DNA of 64,000 nucleotides. It comes from Malacoraja senta. Taxonomy: Eukaryota. Below the pieces are notes generated by a model. It was given only the letters and a program-made list of their open reading frames with translations. It was not told the DNA's origin and did not search any database. This document shows positions 12,701 to 24,475 of the stretch, piece by piece. Position numbers and translations under genes: made by a program. Within the stretch, counting starts at the first letter, position 1; the number at the start of each line of letters is the position of its first letter. Location of the stretch: contig CM075987.1 of the NCBI GenBank assembly GCA_038087875.1, positions 28,212,001 through 28,276,000 on the forward strand. The letters are read 5' to 3'.

Positions 12701-15700
12701 TTAAATCAATCACATCTCTGAAAATCATAAATCATAATGAATATTATTACATCTACAACCGAAAAGTACAAAATTTCTATCAAAATAAGCCTTGCGAATC
12801 ACTGTAAAGAAAGAAACCTGCAGAGGACGTGTCCTTAATTGAGGTTTTTTTTTCCTTTAAATAATGTGTTTTCTAAGCATTTTCATTCCAGGTGAATGTT
12901 GGTACAAACAATGCATTTGGCCTTATGACTGGACAGTGGCAACTTTCAATTCTTCCTTTCAGTTCAATCTCTAAGTGCAAAATTCTACAGTGCATACGGA
13001 ATTTCATGGAATAACATTTCTTTCACCTGGCCCCCAGACTTATGATGATGGGCCAGCCAATTTCAGAATCTTTTTGTGTTCATCCCTCTTCTGTTAACGG
13101 TTTTTATCAAACGTGGTCATTTATGTCAACGGTCACTGAAGACTGTTTTCAAATGTTCTAGCTACTAATAATATGCTTACGACATTACGATTATAAAATC
13201 CTCCTATAAGAATGCTGTTAGTCTGAATGTTTTTGGAGTGTGCCATATGTGGTGTTGAGAGAGATGGTGAAGATTGTTGGGAGTGGTCAGATGGTGTGAG
13301 CTCCTTGTGCCTATGGAACTGCACCCAGTTCTCACATAAACCTTACTATAGCTAAACCCCAAACACCTCCATTCATAAATAATTAGAATATATTCAAAAT
13401 AAGTGGTCAGCATCAAAAACATTAAAATAGACACCAGTTTACGTAGAAATCTTTTGCGAAACAAATCTATGATTACAACATAGTCTAACAGTTACCAGAT
13501 TTGTTCTAATTTTCCAGTGTGTTTCGTATCACATAACAAAACCATGGGACTAGAGTAAAGCTCAGAGGGAAGTGTGTCGAGAGCAGAGGTGGATGAGGTG
13601 CTGGGCGACAATTGCCTGACCTCGTACATGTCTGGCTCATGAACGCTGACACAGTAACTTGCAGTTAGCTCACACACTCGCTCATCCCCAGGCAGACGTA
13701 ACACATCCAGTGACTGCGACCTCAGTTTACGTGGATGGTTTGATAGTAAAGTGCAAGTCGGTAGAGAATAATTCCACACATCTCTCGGTGGTTTTCATAC
13801 GATGACACTGGTTCAACACTGGAACAATGTCCATCCCTGACCACTGCAGATTATCTCTGTGTTCAACCACTACCTTTATCACCCTGACGGAGATGAATCC
13901 ATCATTATGAATAACAATGCAAATGCTTTTGGACTCCAAGAACCAAGGCAAAAACTACATGACAATAGCTTCAAATGATCCCTAATAACAGGTTTCTTCG
14001 TACACCTCAGCCCAAGCATGACTTAAACCCAGAAAATAAGATACATTTCAGCGTGAATAAAGAGATAGATATTTCATGGGCCATTAAATACCCATACAAC
14101 ATCAGGGCCAACAATACTCCAAAGACCATTCAGTGCTCTATTGCCAAGTCCTGATCTAACATTTTAATCTAGTTTTAATCAGAAAATTATAAAAATCTAG
14201 TCTCTCAACTAAACATTTCACTTCCACTTGTAACAGCAGATAATTTCCCTTGAGTAACAAGGAATTTCCTGCAGTTTCCCACTCACAGTTCATTGCCCTG
14301 AATTGCATTGAATTAACAATGTTTTCTAACTAATCAAAGTGAAAAGTGAGACAGAAGTAATGCAGCCTACAAACCTAATTCTGCACCTTTCCCACCCCAC
14401 CCCACCCCACTCAGAGCCAATGCCAAATCCAAACTAAATGTCTTTCTCCACACATTTATGCTGCCATCTGGTTGCTTGGGCTGAGATTAAACAGAATCCT
14501 TAGTTTTTCTTTCTAATTTCCTTTTAGGAAATCCAGTAGGCACTGCTGCATCAGAATTATTGGCATTGGGTGCTCTCAGCTCTGCAACATTTCAGAAGAC
14601 AGTGTAGTTGCCAAGACAATAAAGATAGCAGCATGTCCCCTGCCCTCTCCCCATCACACAAGTACAATCCTCTCCACCGTCAGGAAACACAATTTCAGAT
14701 CCACATTTTGCTTAATTGAAGATTTTCTTTGTAGGATCTGAGAGTGCAATGTCATTCCTAGACTACCCAAGAGGAACTAAATCAACAACAGGTAATATGC
14801 AGGTGATGGCGTTGAGCTACAGAAAGTCTTTCCATTATTTCTGCCTCAAATAAAACACTCCCACGGTTATTTATTGCATTTTACATCGGTCCATTTGCAC
14901 GGACCATTCTACACCTTTTTTCAGGTGCATTAGGGCTAAATGGATTCAAAAAGAGAAGAGCTTTGTCCCCGAAGACTGATCATTTGAAATCACACAAATA
15001 TTTGATGCTTCAGTTCGAGGCATCAACAAATGTTCATTCTGGTAGAACAGCAGCAACATGCATCCATTCTTGCCCTTGTACATGGAGCAACTCTCTCGCA
15101 CTGTCCTAACTACCCAGTGGATACATGGCACTAAAGACTTTCCATAGAAATCCCATCTTCAATGCAAGGAGGGGTTTGGTGTTCTCAGCCTCCACGCCTC
15201 ACCAGGAGGTGCTCAGAAGCCAAGGTGCCGGGATGGTTCATTACATCATTTAAGACACAGGAAATGAGCATTGAAAACGGAAAGAGTTATACCCATCAGT
15301 GAAACCTGTGGCACAACGCAAATTACAAACTAGAGAGGTTCATTATATACATAATGTTGCAATGTGAAATGCAACTGCAATCGTCAATGCTTGAAACAGG
15401 AACCAGGGTCCCAATACTCAAAGACAAATGTGGTCAAAGCCACAAAACACAGGGTGAAAGTAAAGTCTCCGCTGAGGGAGGAAGTAGTCAGCATCTTCCA
15501 GAAAGAGCTTCACCTTGGTGGTCCCGCCTATCCAGGAATGATTTAGAATCAGGTCAGAGCCCTTAGAGAGCAAGTGCAAAAGTAGCAAATTGGGTGCAGG
15601 GGGTAAGAGGTCTCTGTGCTTCAAGGCTGCCACATAAATGCAGCAGTGTGCCACCTGTAATCTGGAGACTGGACTCCTGGAGGCGCAGCAGATACTCAAA

Positions 15701-15915
15701 GGAATGTCAGGAAACAAACTGAAGTTCTTTCAAGATTACCCTTGGTCCTGGGACACGCAGTGTGACCTGCATAGCTACAAGGAGACGGGAGCTTCTGGAA
15801 GGAGTCCTGGCCACAGCTCAGATGGCACGTAGCCTGCATGTACCATCCGAACAACTCCTGGCACATTAGTCCCTAAAGAAGCATTGTTACCATCCCGAGA
15901 TCCACCTGCTTCAGA

Positions 15916-18900
15916 TCAGAAGTACAGCGCTGGTTCACTGCTGTAGTCTGAATGGCAGCTGTTGTCTGTTGGTGTGAGCTGTGGACAAAAGGGAACAAGA
16001 GTGAGTGCTGGGGACTAATAGACAGCAAGGGTACAGAGAGGAGTTAGTCAAAAGCCATGACATTACTCTGGTTTAATTTCCTTTTACCCTTTTAATCCAG
16101 TCCCGATGAAGGGTCCTGACCCAAAACATCTGTCCGTTTCCTTCCACAGATGCTGCCTGACCCACTAGTTCCTTCACTTGTGTGTCCAACCCTAACCCTG
16201 GTCCTGCATTCCTGACATTAAACCCTATTGCCACGTGCTCACCTAATCCTGTCATTGGTCCATTATACTTTATTGCAGTGGCTGTGCCCTCACTGACTTC
16301 ATCCAAGTCATTCATACAAACAGTGTGAAGAAGGGTCCCGCCCCAAAACGTCACCCATCCTTTTTCTCCAGAGATGCTGCCTGCTCCACTGAGTTACTCC
16401 AACACTTCCAGTCTTCTTTAATTCTCTGGACTATTCATCCTTTAAAGCAATTAGCCCGTGCGGTGCGGAACGATCTTGAATTATCTTTCCAAATTTAGAC
16501 AAGCTGATAATGCTCCCTTGGAGGGAGGAGGTCCTTGTGTGTCACCCACCTGATTATAGTTTACAACAGTGTTTTATGTGACACAATAAACACATGCTTC
16601 TGGGTTCCTGCTCTCACCCAGGCCGCTCATGCGATCAACCCATGGCTTACACACCTCTAATAAGGTAACCATCGTACACCAGTCAGCAGCCGTACTTTGC
16701 CACAGAATAAACTCACCATGTTGTCCTCTGTCGTGGATTCTCCACCCTGCAGCGAGCTGTCCCGACTGGAAAAGGGTTCATTCAGCTTCTGTTCCTGCCA
16801 CGTGTCGAAGGGCATCGTGTGTTTAGGCGTGTAACTTGACAGGGCTGCCGAAGGAAAAATTATATCAGTAATGGCCACCCAGTGCTAGATTGCTAAGTTT
16901 GTCGTAAATGATCCCGTGGAGTGAGAGAGATCAGACCACACCTCCACCGACTGGAAATACGTGAAAGTTTACAGAGCTCAAATGTGGAATAGCACAGAAC
17001 TGAAACTGTATAAAAGATTTCTGAAGTCATCAAGAGGGATAGCAGAGAAAAAGCTAGCCCAAGCAAAATATGAGCTGCTCACACCCCAGCGGTATTAACA
17101 TTGACTTCTCTAACTGCAAGTAACCCTTGCCTTTCTTCTCTCTCCATTCCTCCCCTTCCCGGTTCTCTGACTTGATCTCCATCCCCTTTGTCTCATTTTC
17201 ACACCTTACATTTCCTTATTTCTGTATCTCCCTCTCCCCTGATTCAGTCCAAAGAAGGGTCGCGACCTGAAACGTCACCCATTCCTTCTCTCCAGAGATG
17301 CTGCCTGTCCCGCTGAGTTACTCCAGCATTTTGTGTCCATCTTCGGTTTAAACCAGCACCTGCAGTTCCTTCCTACACCAAGATCGCCCAGCTAAGGCAT
17401 CGACTTCAACCCTTTGATTCATCTTCACTTCTTACTTCACTGTTTACTTTTGCTATTGTTTCACTTTCAGGATAATTCCATCTGTGTGTCTACAAACTAT
17501 CTTGCAGTACCTTGTTACAGCCACGAGGTAGAGCTGTAGCACCAGTTCTGCCCAAAACTAATGGAACACCAACCCTGGCCATAAGGACATTCCCCATGTA
17601 AATAAATACTCAGAGCTCGCAATTCACAAGAAAAATACATTCGTACCGATACACTTAACAAATAATGCACTGTAGTTTTCTAGTAATCCTTCCATGGGAT
17701 GTAGATTCTGCTGACAAGGCCCGGACATAGTAGTTTGTGAGAGTCAAGGCACATTGTTGGGCGCCCAGAACAAACATGGATGGTATCCAATCATCTTTCC
17801 TGGAGGACATCACTGAACCAGCAGGAATTTTACAACAGTCTGATTATATCACAATCACTACTCTTCCTACCAGCTTTATATTACAGATTGATTAACAGAA
17901 TGTCTTTAGCTTTTGCAACTGGAAGTGAGCCCATCCCTCTGGCTCATACGTGCATCTCTCTGGATTAACACCCAATACAATCACTGCGTTACCATTGCCC
18001 AGAATGTTTCAAAGTCCTAAGCAAAATGAAGAGCAAGAGTAATCAATGTAACTGGTTTCTGTTATGGTTTCTGTTGCAATTGAACAGTAAATTCTCTCCT
18101 ACACACCCACTTTCATCCACAAAAAAACCACAATTACTTCTCCTCTCCCACGTCTACTTCGAATGAAATAGTATTGCATGAAGCAGTGTAATGTTGTAAG
18201 CTATTGACAAAGACCTGCATCATCAGATTACATTCTGCCTTGATGAGGTTACTGTGAGTTCCTGATTTATTCTATTTACCCGCTTCATCATTCAGCCTCC
18301 CATGGTTGTGACACCAGCTTCATCACAGACTCCCAGCTTCCCAATCTAGAATGTTGCTTTTGTAAAGGTGTACAGGAGTTGTGTTTGATTCACCCTACCA
18401 AGGCCAGAAGGATTGCTGTGTAGCTGTGTAAGTGTCCCTCAATGAAAGGCAGGATTAGCGGCAGGATTGTCAAATCAGTCCGCTCGACTCTTCCTTAATA
18501 ACTGTGTTCCAGGGGGCAGCACGGTGGCACAGCGGTAGAGTTGCTGCCTCACAGTGCCATATACCCGGGTTCCATCCTGACTACAGGTGCTGTCTGTACA
18601 GGATTTGTACGTTCTCCCCATAACCTGTGTGGGTTTTCCGGTTTCCTCACACACTCCAAAGACGTGCAGGTTTGTAGGTTAATTGGCTTGGTAAAAATTG
18701 TAAATTGTCCCTAGTGTGTATAGGGTAGAGTTAATGTTTTGGTAACGCTGGTCGACGCGGACCTGAGGGGCCGAAGGGCCTGTTTCCGTGCAATGTCTCT
18801 GAACTGAACTAAACCGAAGATGAGATGGTGTGAAAATAAAAAGAAAAGGAAAAAGCACCCGTAGTCAGGATGGAACCTGGGACTGGCGCTGTGAGGCTGC

Positions 18901-19280
18901 AACTACACCCGTAGTCAGGATGGAACCTGGGACTCTGGCGCTGTGAGGCAGCAACTCTACGCTGTGCCGCCACTGAAGTGCCTGTAATGAGAGAGAGCCT
19001 TCCACAGTAATTTGGGTAGAGAGACTTCACCAGTGATGAGTGGCCCCACGCCTCATGTGGTGCTGTTTGGACAAGTACCTGAGGTGACGGTGTTGGAGTG
19101 CATGGGGCTGCTGGCGGACGTAGGGGAGCTGGTGTAGCTGGGACGCGGGAAGAAGGTGGTCAAGGGTCGCTCCTCCTCATCGTCCTCACTCCCGTCAGAA
19201 TCATCCTCTTGAATTAGCGAGCTCTCAGATGGGTACTCGAATGTCGTGTGCAGACTAGAATCATTGAACGAAATCTTCAT
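15916..19280 (-). CDS. TPRN: Taperin, last three coding exons (5' exon not found)
   Basis: Exon 19079-19280 encodes MKISFNDSSLHTTFEYPSESSL…, carrying the PP1-binding KISF motif. Exon 16717-16844 encodes (A)LSSYTPKHTMPFDTWQEQ…; exon 15916-15978 encodes LTPTDNSCHSDYSSEPALYF*. All introns are GT-AG with compatible phases. The C-terminal SEPALYF is characteristic of taperin. Confidence 0.93.
17080..17380 (+). mobile_element. Penelope-like element 3' end (end of ORF plus pseudo-LTR)
   Basis: 17082-17123 reads HPSGINIDFSNCK*, resembling the PxG(L/M/I)N end of PLE GIY-YIG ORFs. It is followed by a pyrimidine-rich spacer, a degenerate hammerhead core (…AAGAAGGGTCGCGACCTGAAACGTC) and the shared GAGATGCTGCCTG…CCGCTGAGTTACTCCAGC tail. 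Confidence 0.7.
18512..18812 (+). mobile_element. tRNA-derived SINE (HE1/V-SINE-like), followed by inverted partial heads at ~18857-18975
   Basis: Box A TGGCACAGCGG and box B GGTTCCATCC, a conserved body, and an (AACTG)n-like tail. Confidence 0.8.
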
Positions 19281-19964
19281 CTGGCAAAAACATTACAAAA
19301 AAGAACATGAATAAACCAGGCACAAACTTCAAACAATGTTCTTCCAAGACAGTTTTAATCAGTTTAAAAACAGTTTTGACCATCACGGCAGCCTCAGAGA
19401 GGAAGTGGGAGGCATGGCTGGTGAAAGATGAGGGGGAGAAGAGTTGTAGCTAGAACCAAGAGAAGTAGCAGGGTGGAAAACAGCCGAGGTGGCAGCACGA
19501 AGAGTTAGTGATGGGGATACAAGGTCACCCCAGAGCAGGCATTCAGCAAATAGAAACAGCTGATGGGACAGTGTGAGCTGAATGTGAGGGGCAAGAGTGA
19601 GCCAGGAGCATGAAGAGCAGGGAGCCAGCACAGTGGCCAAATGGCCCAGAGTGGACTGACAAACTATTCCACTACACAACAAGGTGGATGGATGGATGGC
19701 TGGCTACTGAGAGTCAGTCGTTTTCTAAACTTAAGTTAGGATAATGGATTAAACAAACAGGAAGGGAGATAGAACTTGATTTATCAACTGGGCACAATAG
19801 CCGTCATGTGATACGGGTGTGAAAGCATCACACAAGAGGAACAAAACAGCTACATGACGTGAGCTGAAGGAAGTCGCCATTGGTGAGTAGATTACAATTA
19901 TGTTTCTTCCTTCTTGTTCAGATGAACAACATGTCTTAACATCATTTATGGCAAGATTATTTTA

Positions 19965-20465
19965 GTCATAGAGTCACAGCCCCTAGCATAGTCATATAGT
20001 GTGGAAACAGGCCATTCAGCCCAACATGCCCACACCGACCAACATGCCCCATCTACACTAGTCCCAGAGTCACGGAAATAGGCCCTTCAGCCCAACTTTC
20101 CCACAGCGACCAACATACCCCATCTACACTAGTCCCAGAGTCACGGAAACAAGACCTTCAGCCCAACTTGCCCACACTGGCCAACATACCCCATCTACAC
20201 TAGTCCCAGAGTCACGGAAACAAGCCCTTCAGCCCAACTTGCCCACACCGACCAACATACCCCATCTAAACGTCCCACCTGCCTGCATTTGTCCCATATC
20301 CTTCTACACCTATTCTATGCATGCACCTGTCCAAATGTCTTTTAAACATTGCGATACCTCTTCTGGTAGCTCGTTACATACACCCACCATCCTTTGTGTA
20401 AAAAAGGTTGCCCCTCAGGTACCTATTAAATCTTTCCCCTTTCACCTTAAACCCATGTCCTCAGG
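19965..20465 (-). mobile_element. CR1 3' end with an internal tandem ~71-bp amplification
   Basis: Units begin at ~20063, 20134 and 20205 (CCCAGAGTCACGGAAA…CCCATCTACACTAGT), followed by CR1 3' sequence. Confidence 0.8.
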
Positions 20466-20808
20466 GGCAGATACTTTTGGTGGCAATGATTAGAATTCAG
20501 TTAAATTCAGTTAAATTTAGTATAGACAAGGCAAGAGGACAAAGATGTGGTCTGGCAAATATGGACTGGGGACTTGCTTATGGTGAAATAGATGACCAAA
20601 CTGTGGGAAGCATTCCAAGAGCACATTCTCACAGAGGTATAAAGAAGGATTACAAGAGCTCGACTCTCATTGAATGTCAAAAGTTTATCTACAGTAGTTT
20701 AATACAGGAACCAACAATAACCTAATAGGGATCTCAACACAGTAGAAACTTACAGAATACAAAGTGTCAGATGAGAATCGATGGGGATAGAAAGATGCAG
20801 ACAAATAA

Positions 20809-21325
20809 TGGCTCTGTCTCACGGGGTTGCGGTCATTGGCGGTGAAGCGCGGCGTCGTCGGAAGAGGGGACCGCACGGCAATCGCGAGAGCGCTGCACGG
20901 ATGCTGCGCGGGGGCCGAGTGATCTCCGTACGGCCGGTTCCACGAGCTTGCGGCGTCGGGTGATGACAATATCACGCAACGCGACGCGCTACGCGATGAC
21001 GTCATTTCGGATTGCGGGGCTGTGGCGGCAGTAGTGCTGATCGCGGCGGCTGTGGCGGTGCCCGTGCCGCACACGTGCCTCACTGGCGGCGGCTGTGGCG
21101 GCGAACGTTGCCGTGACGGCGCTCGTGCCTCACTGGCGGCGGCTGTGCGGTAGGAAGAGATTTTTAGACATTGTTGGTTTTTTGTGAGCACCGTGCGGTG
21201 TTGGGACCAACACCGCACGGCCCCGGCAGTGTGCGTTGGACCGAACCCGCGGTCTCTAGCGGTCCATGAGCGGTAGAAACTTCCTGTTTCACCGCCAATG
21301 ACCGCAAATCCGTGAGACAGGCCTT
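20809..21325. mobile_element. Non-autonomous DNA transposon (MITE), possibly PIF/Harbinger-like
   Basis: Terminal inverted repeats of ~38 bp (CTGTCTCACGG-x-TTGCGGTCATTGGCGGTGAA). TAA flanks at 20806-20808 and 21326-21328. The interior is CpG-rich and non-coding. Confidence 0.8.
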
Positions 21326-22138
21326 TAAGGCCACACACAGAAAAATATAAAGCAGGTGCTGTAGTAGACACCCTCATGCCTCCTCAGCGCCACTTTCCGG
21401 TGAAGTATCCCTCAATTATTTAAAACATTATATATCACCCTCTTTGACCAGTAAGTTGACCAGGTCAAGATTAGAGTCTGCAGTGAGCGGCCAAATAAAA
21501 TATAATTGCTCTTAACTACGGCAATGCTGGACAGCACGTAACAAAAGCTTTTCACTGTACCTTGGTACAAGTGACAATAAACTGAACTGAGAGCGAGCTT
21601 TGCACTGACCCGTGCAGTGGGATCAGTGTCAGGGCCACAGGCTGAGTGTAGGGCAAGGGCTGGAATCACTAACAGCCGGAGGTTGGGGTAAATTCAACAT
21701 TCAGAGATAAATACTAAAGTTAACTCTACATCATTCACAAATTACATTCAACTTAGGTGTATTTAGTTTAAAAATCTAGCCTTTTCACACTTTCCTCTGA
21801 TGAGAACGCAAAATGTTAGTCCTTTACGTCAGGAAGCTTGATTCATTTCTCTCTGTCCACTCCAAATTATCATGGGATTTCAGCTCCATCTGGGAGTGTT
21901 TTACCTTGATGTTCACTGACCTCCCCCTCCCCCTCCCCACCACTGCCTCACTCCCAGATTTCACTCTGGTTAGAGAGGTGGAAATGTACATGAACTTGAA
22001 AGACTCCGACGCAAAGCTGATATCGCAAAGTCCAGTGATAATTCAGAGTGGCCAAAGAGGAAATGAGGCAAGTTTCCTCACTCAAGGGCAACCATTTCCA
22101 GTTCTCGTGAGGTGTGATAACTTTAATGCAAATTTAAA

Positions 22139-22196
22139 AGAGAGAGAGAGAAAGAGAAAGAGAGAGAAATAGAGTGAGTGAGAGAGAGAGAGAGAG

Positions 22197-22227
<31 letters not shown>

Positions 22228-22276
22228 CATGTGTGCGTGTGTGCGTGTGTGCGTGCGTGCGTGCGAGAAAGAGAGG
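22139..22276. repeat. Compound (GA)n-(GT)n microsatellite
   Basis: Directly visible. Confidence 0.98.
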
Positions 22277-24117
22277 GACAATAGTCTTGGTAAGGATTGA
22301 TGCAAGTAACCAAATGGGATACTACCGCGCATGTTTTTTTTTAGTGACTACCTGAGATGTGGTGTCAGACATTGCGTTTCTCATTTGCTGAGTTGTCAGT
22401 GATTCTTTCAAGGAAATACAGAATAACTATTAGGTTATAGGAAACATATACAGTGCATGGTGGGGATTACAGCTCAATGGTTATGATCGAAAACTCAAAA
22501 CAGAGGTTATGAATTGAATGTTTATGAACTGGATTCAATAATATGCTATTTTTGTTAGTTCATACATTATTGCGAAGGCCATCATTTGGTTCACTGACAA
22601 TACTTCCCCGCCCACCCAGTAAAGCTGGCTTGTGACTCATGTAATGTGGTTGACCTTTAGTGACTTCTGTAGTGACCCAGCAAGTCACTCAGTTGTCATT
22701 GGAACTGGGGTTGGGCACCAAACCAAAGGCCTGCCACATCATTCACACAGAACAAAACAACAGGCGTGCAATGAGTTACTGTACTTTTCCATGAAAATCC
22801 ACAATAAATCCTGCAGAACGGTTCAGTTTCCATACACACTGACCTTCCTCAACCTGCTTAGAATGGCTCTGTAATAATGGCTCCAGCACAAAATCAAGTC
22901 TTCGGTTAGGTTAAATGAAGCTTCCTCACAGTGTTCCTGCTGTACGTCACTGAATAAGGAACCATAGAATCACAAAATCTAGAACAGAGGTGGCAAAACA
23001 CCCCTAATGTACAGGGCAGCCACGAATGCAACCTCCAATGTACTTCCACTCTGGCATTCCATCAGTGGCTGTCCAGCTACTACTGCACTGTCAGGAAACA
23101 ATACTCTCTGAGGAATTCACATTCACAGAAACTCAGCCTCATATTCCTCTGATGGAGGCAGCAAATAAAACCTGCACCTTCAATCATTTGCACGGTATTG
23201 TTCCATGCACTGCTCTGCCAGAGAGTTAATCTGTGGTAACACTACCATGTAAAAGCGGCTCAATGCTGCACACACAGAGAGAGCATTTATGCAGTTAAAT
23301 CTGCTTGTGTCATTTGTTTCTCAAGAATCATATTTTCAGAGCAAAATCATGCTCTAAATTCACCAGAGAGCAATTATGATTCAACTCCATTTGCAGAAGA
23401 GTACTGTGTGTATTAGACATGCATGCTCTGCATAAATCACATTACATAATGAGTGAAGACTGTGGAGATTTATCCTCTCTGCATTAACAAGCTCTCTCCA
23501 GTATACCCAACACACACGGGGCTGAGCGGATTAACAGAGCACAGTTCCTGCAACAAGCAGACAGACAATATCAAACTACAACTGCCATTAATCCCTTCTC
23601 TCCAAGCACAGCATCAGTTCCAGCTCGATTTGTCACATTACCTACATCAGTGTGGCAAAAATAATTGTCGTTCTCATGTCGAAGTAAGTCCAGTTTTATA
23701 AAAATACATTTCCCTGGATGTTTAACCCATCCCCTTCCCCTGGACTCATTGCAGTCCTGCAGATGGCAGAATGAAATGTGAAGCACTCAGTGTACTTCAG
23801 TTCCCCACCATCAACCCCTGCCTCAGAGAGCTGGATTCAATGCTGCAAAATCAAGTCAATCTGATAGTGCCGGCCATGCTACTGGGGTGATCTGTAAATG
23901 TAAACCAGGCAACAAAGTTAAGTCACGTTGGGTACAGCTTTATTGAACAGTTGCAGAGAAACTCCCTGCTTCATACTCAATGCCTCAAGTGGCTCGTGGT
24001 CTTTGCAGAGATTGAGCAGACTTAAACAAATGTACAAAACAGGCCGACTACAATGGTGTTAATCTACTTACGACAAACCCAAACAAATTAAAGATCAGCT
24101 TCAACTTCCTAAACAGT

Positions 24118-24475
24118 CTGAGTCACACAGCACGGAAACAGGCCGTTTGGCCCAACTTGCCCATGCTGACCAAGATGCCTCATCTACACGTGTTCCATCT
24201 GCCTGTGTTTGGCCCCATATCCCTCTAAACATTCCTTATCCATGTAATTGTCCAAATGTATTTTACATTTTGATATAGTCCCTGCCTCAACTACCTCCTC
24301 TGGCAGCTCGTCCATACATCCACCACCCTTTGTGCGAAAAAGTTGCTCATCAGGTTCCTATTAAATCGTCCCCCCTTTCACCTTAAACCTGTGTTCTCTG
24401 GTTATTGGTTCCCCTACTCTGGGTAAAAGGCTCTGTGCATACACCTATCTATTCCCCTCGTGATTTTATACATCT
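24118..24475 (-). mobile_element. CR1 3' fragment
   Basis: Reverse complement of the CR1 3' end (MYKITRGIDR…). Confidence 0.8.

Noticed and set aside
18512..18585. tRNA-like A/B boxes
   Set aside because: SINE head continuing into the SINE body; not a tRNA gene.
20685..21377. 230-aa minus-strand ORF
   Set aside because: Spans the GC-rich MITE; no transposase or other motif.
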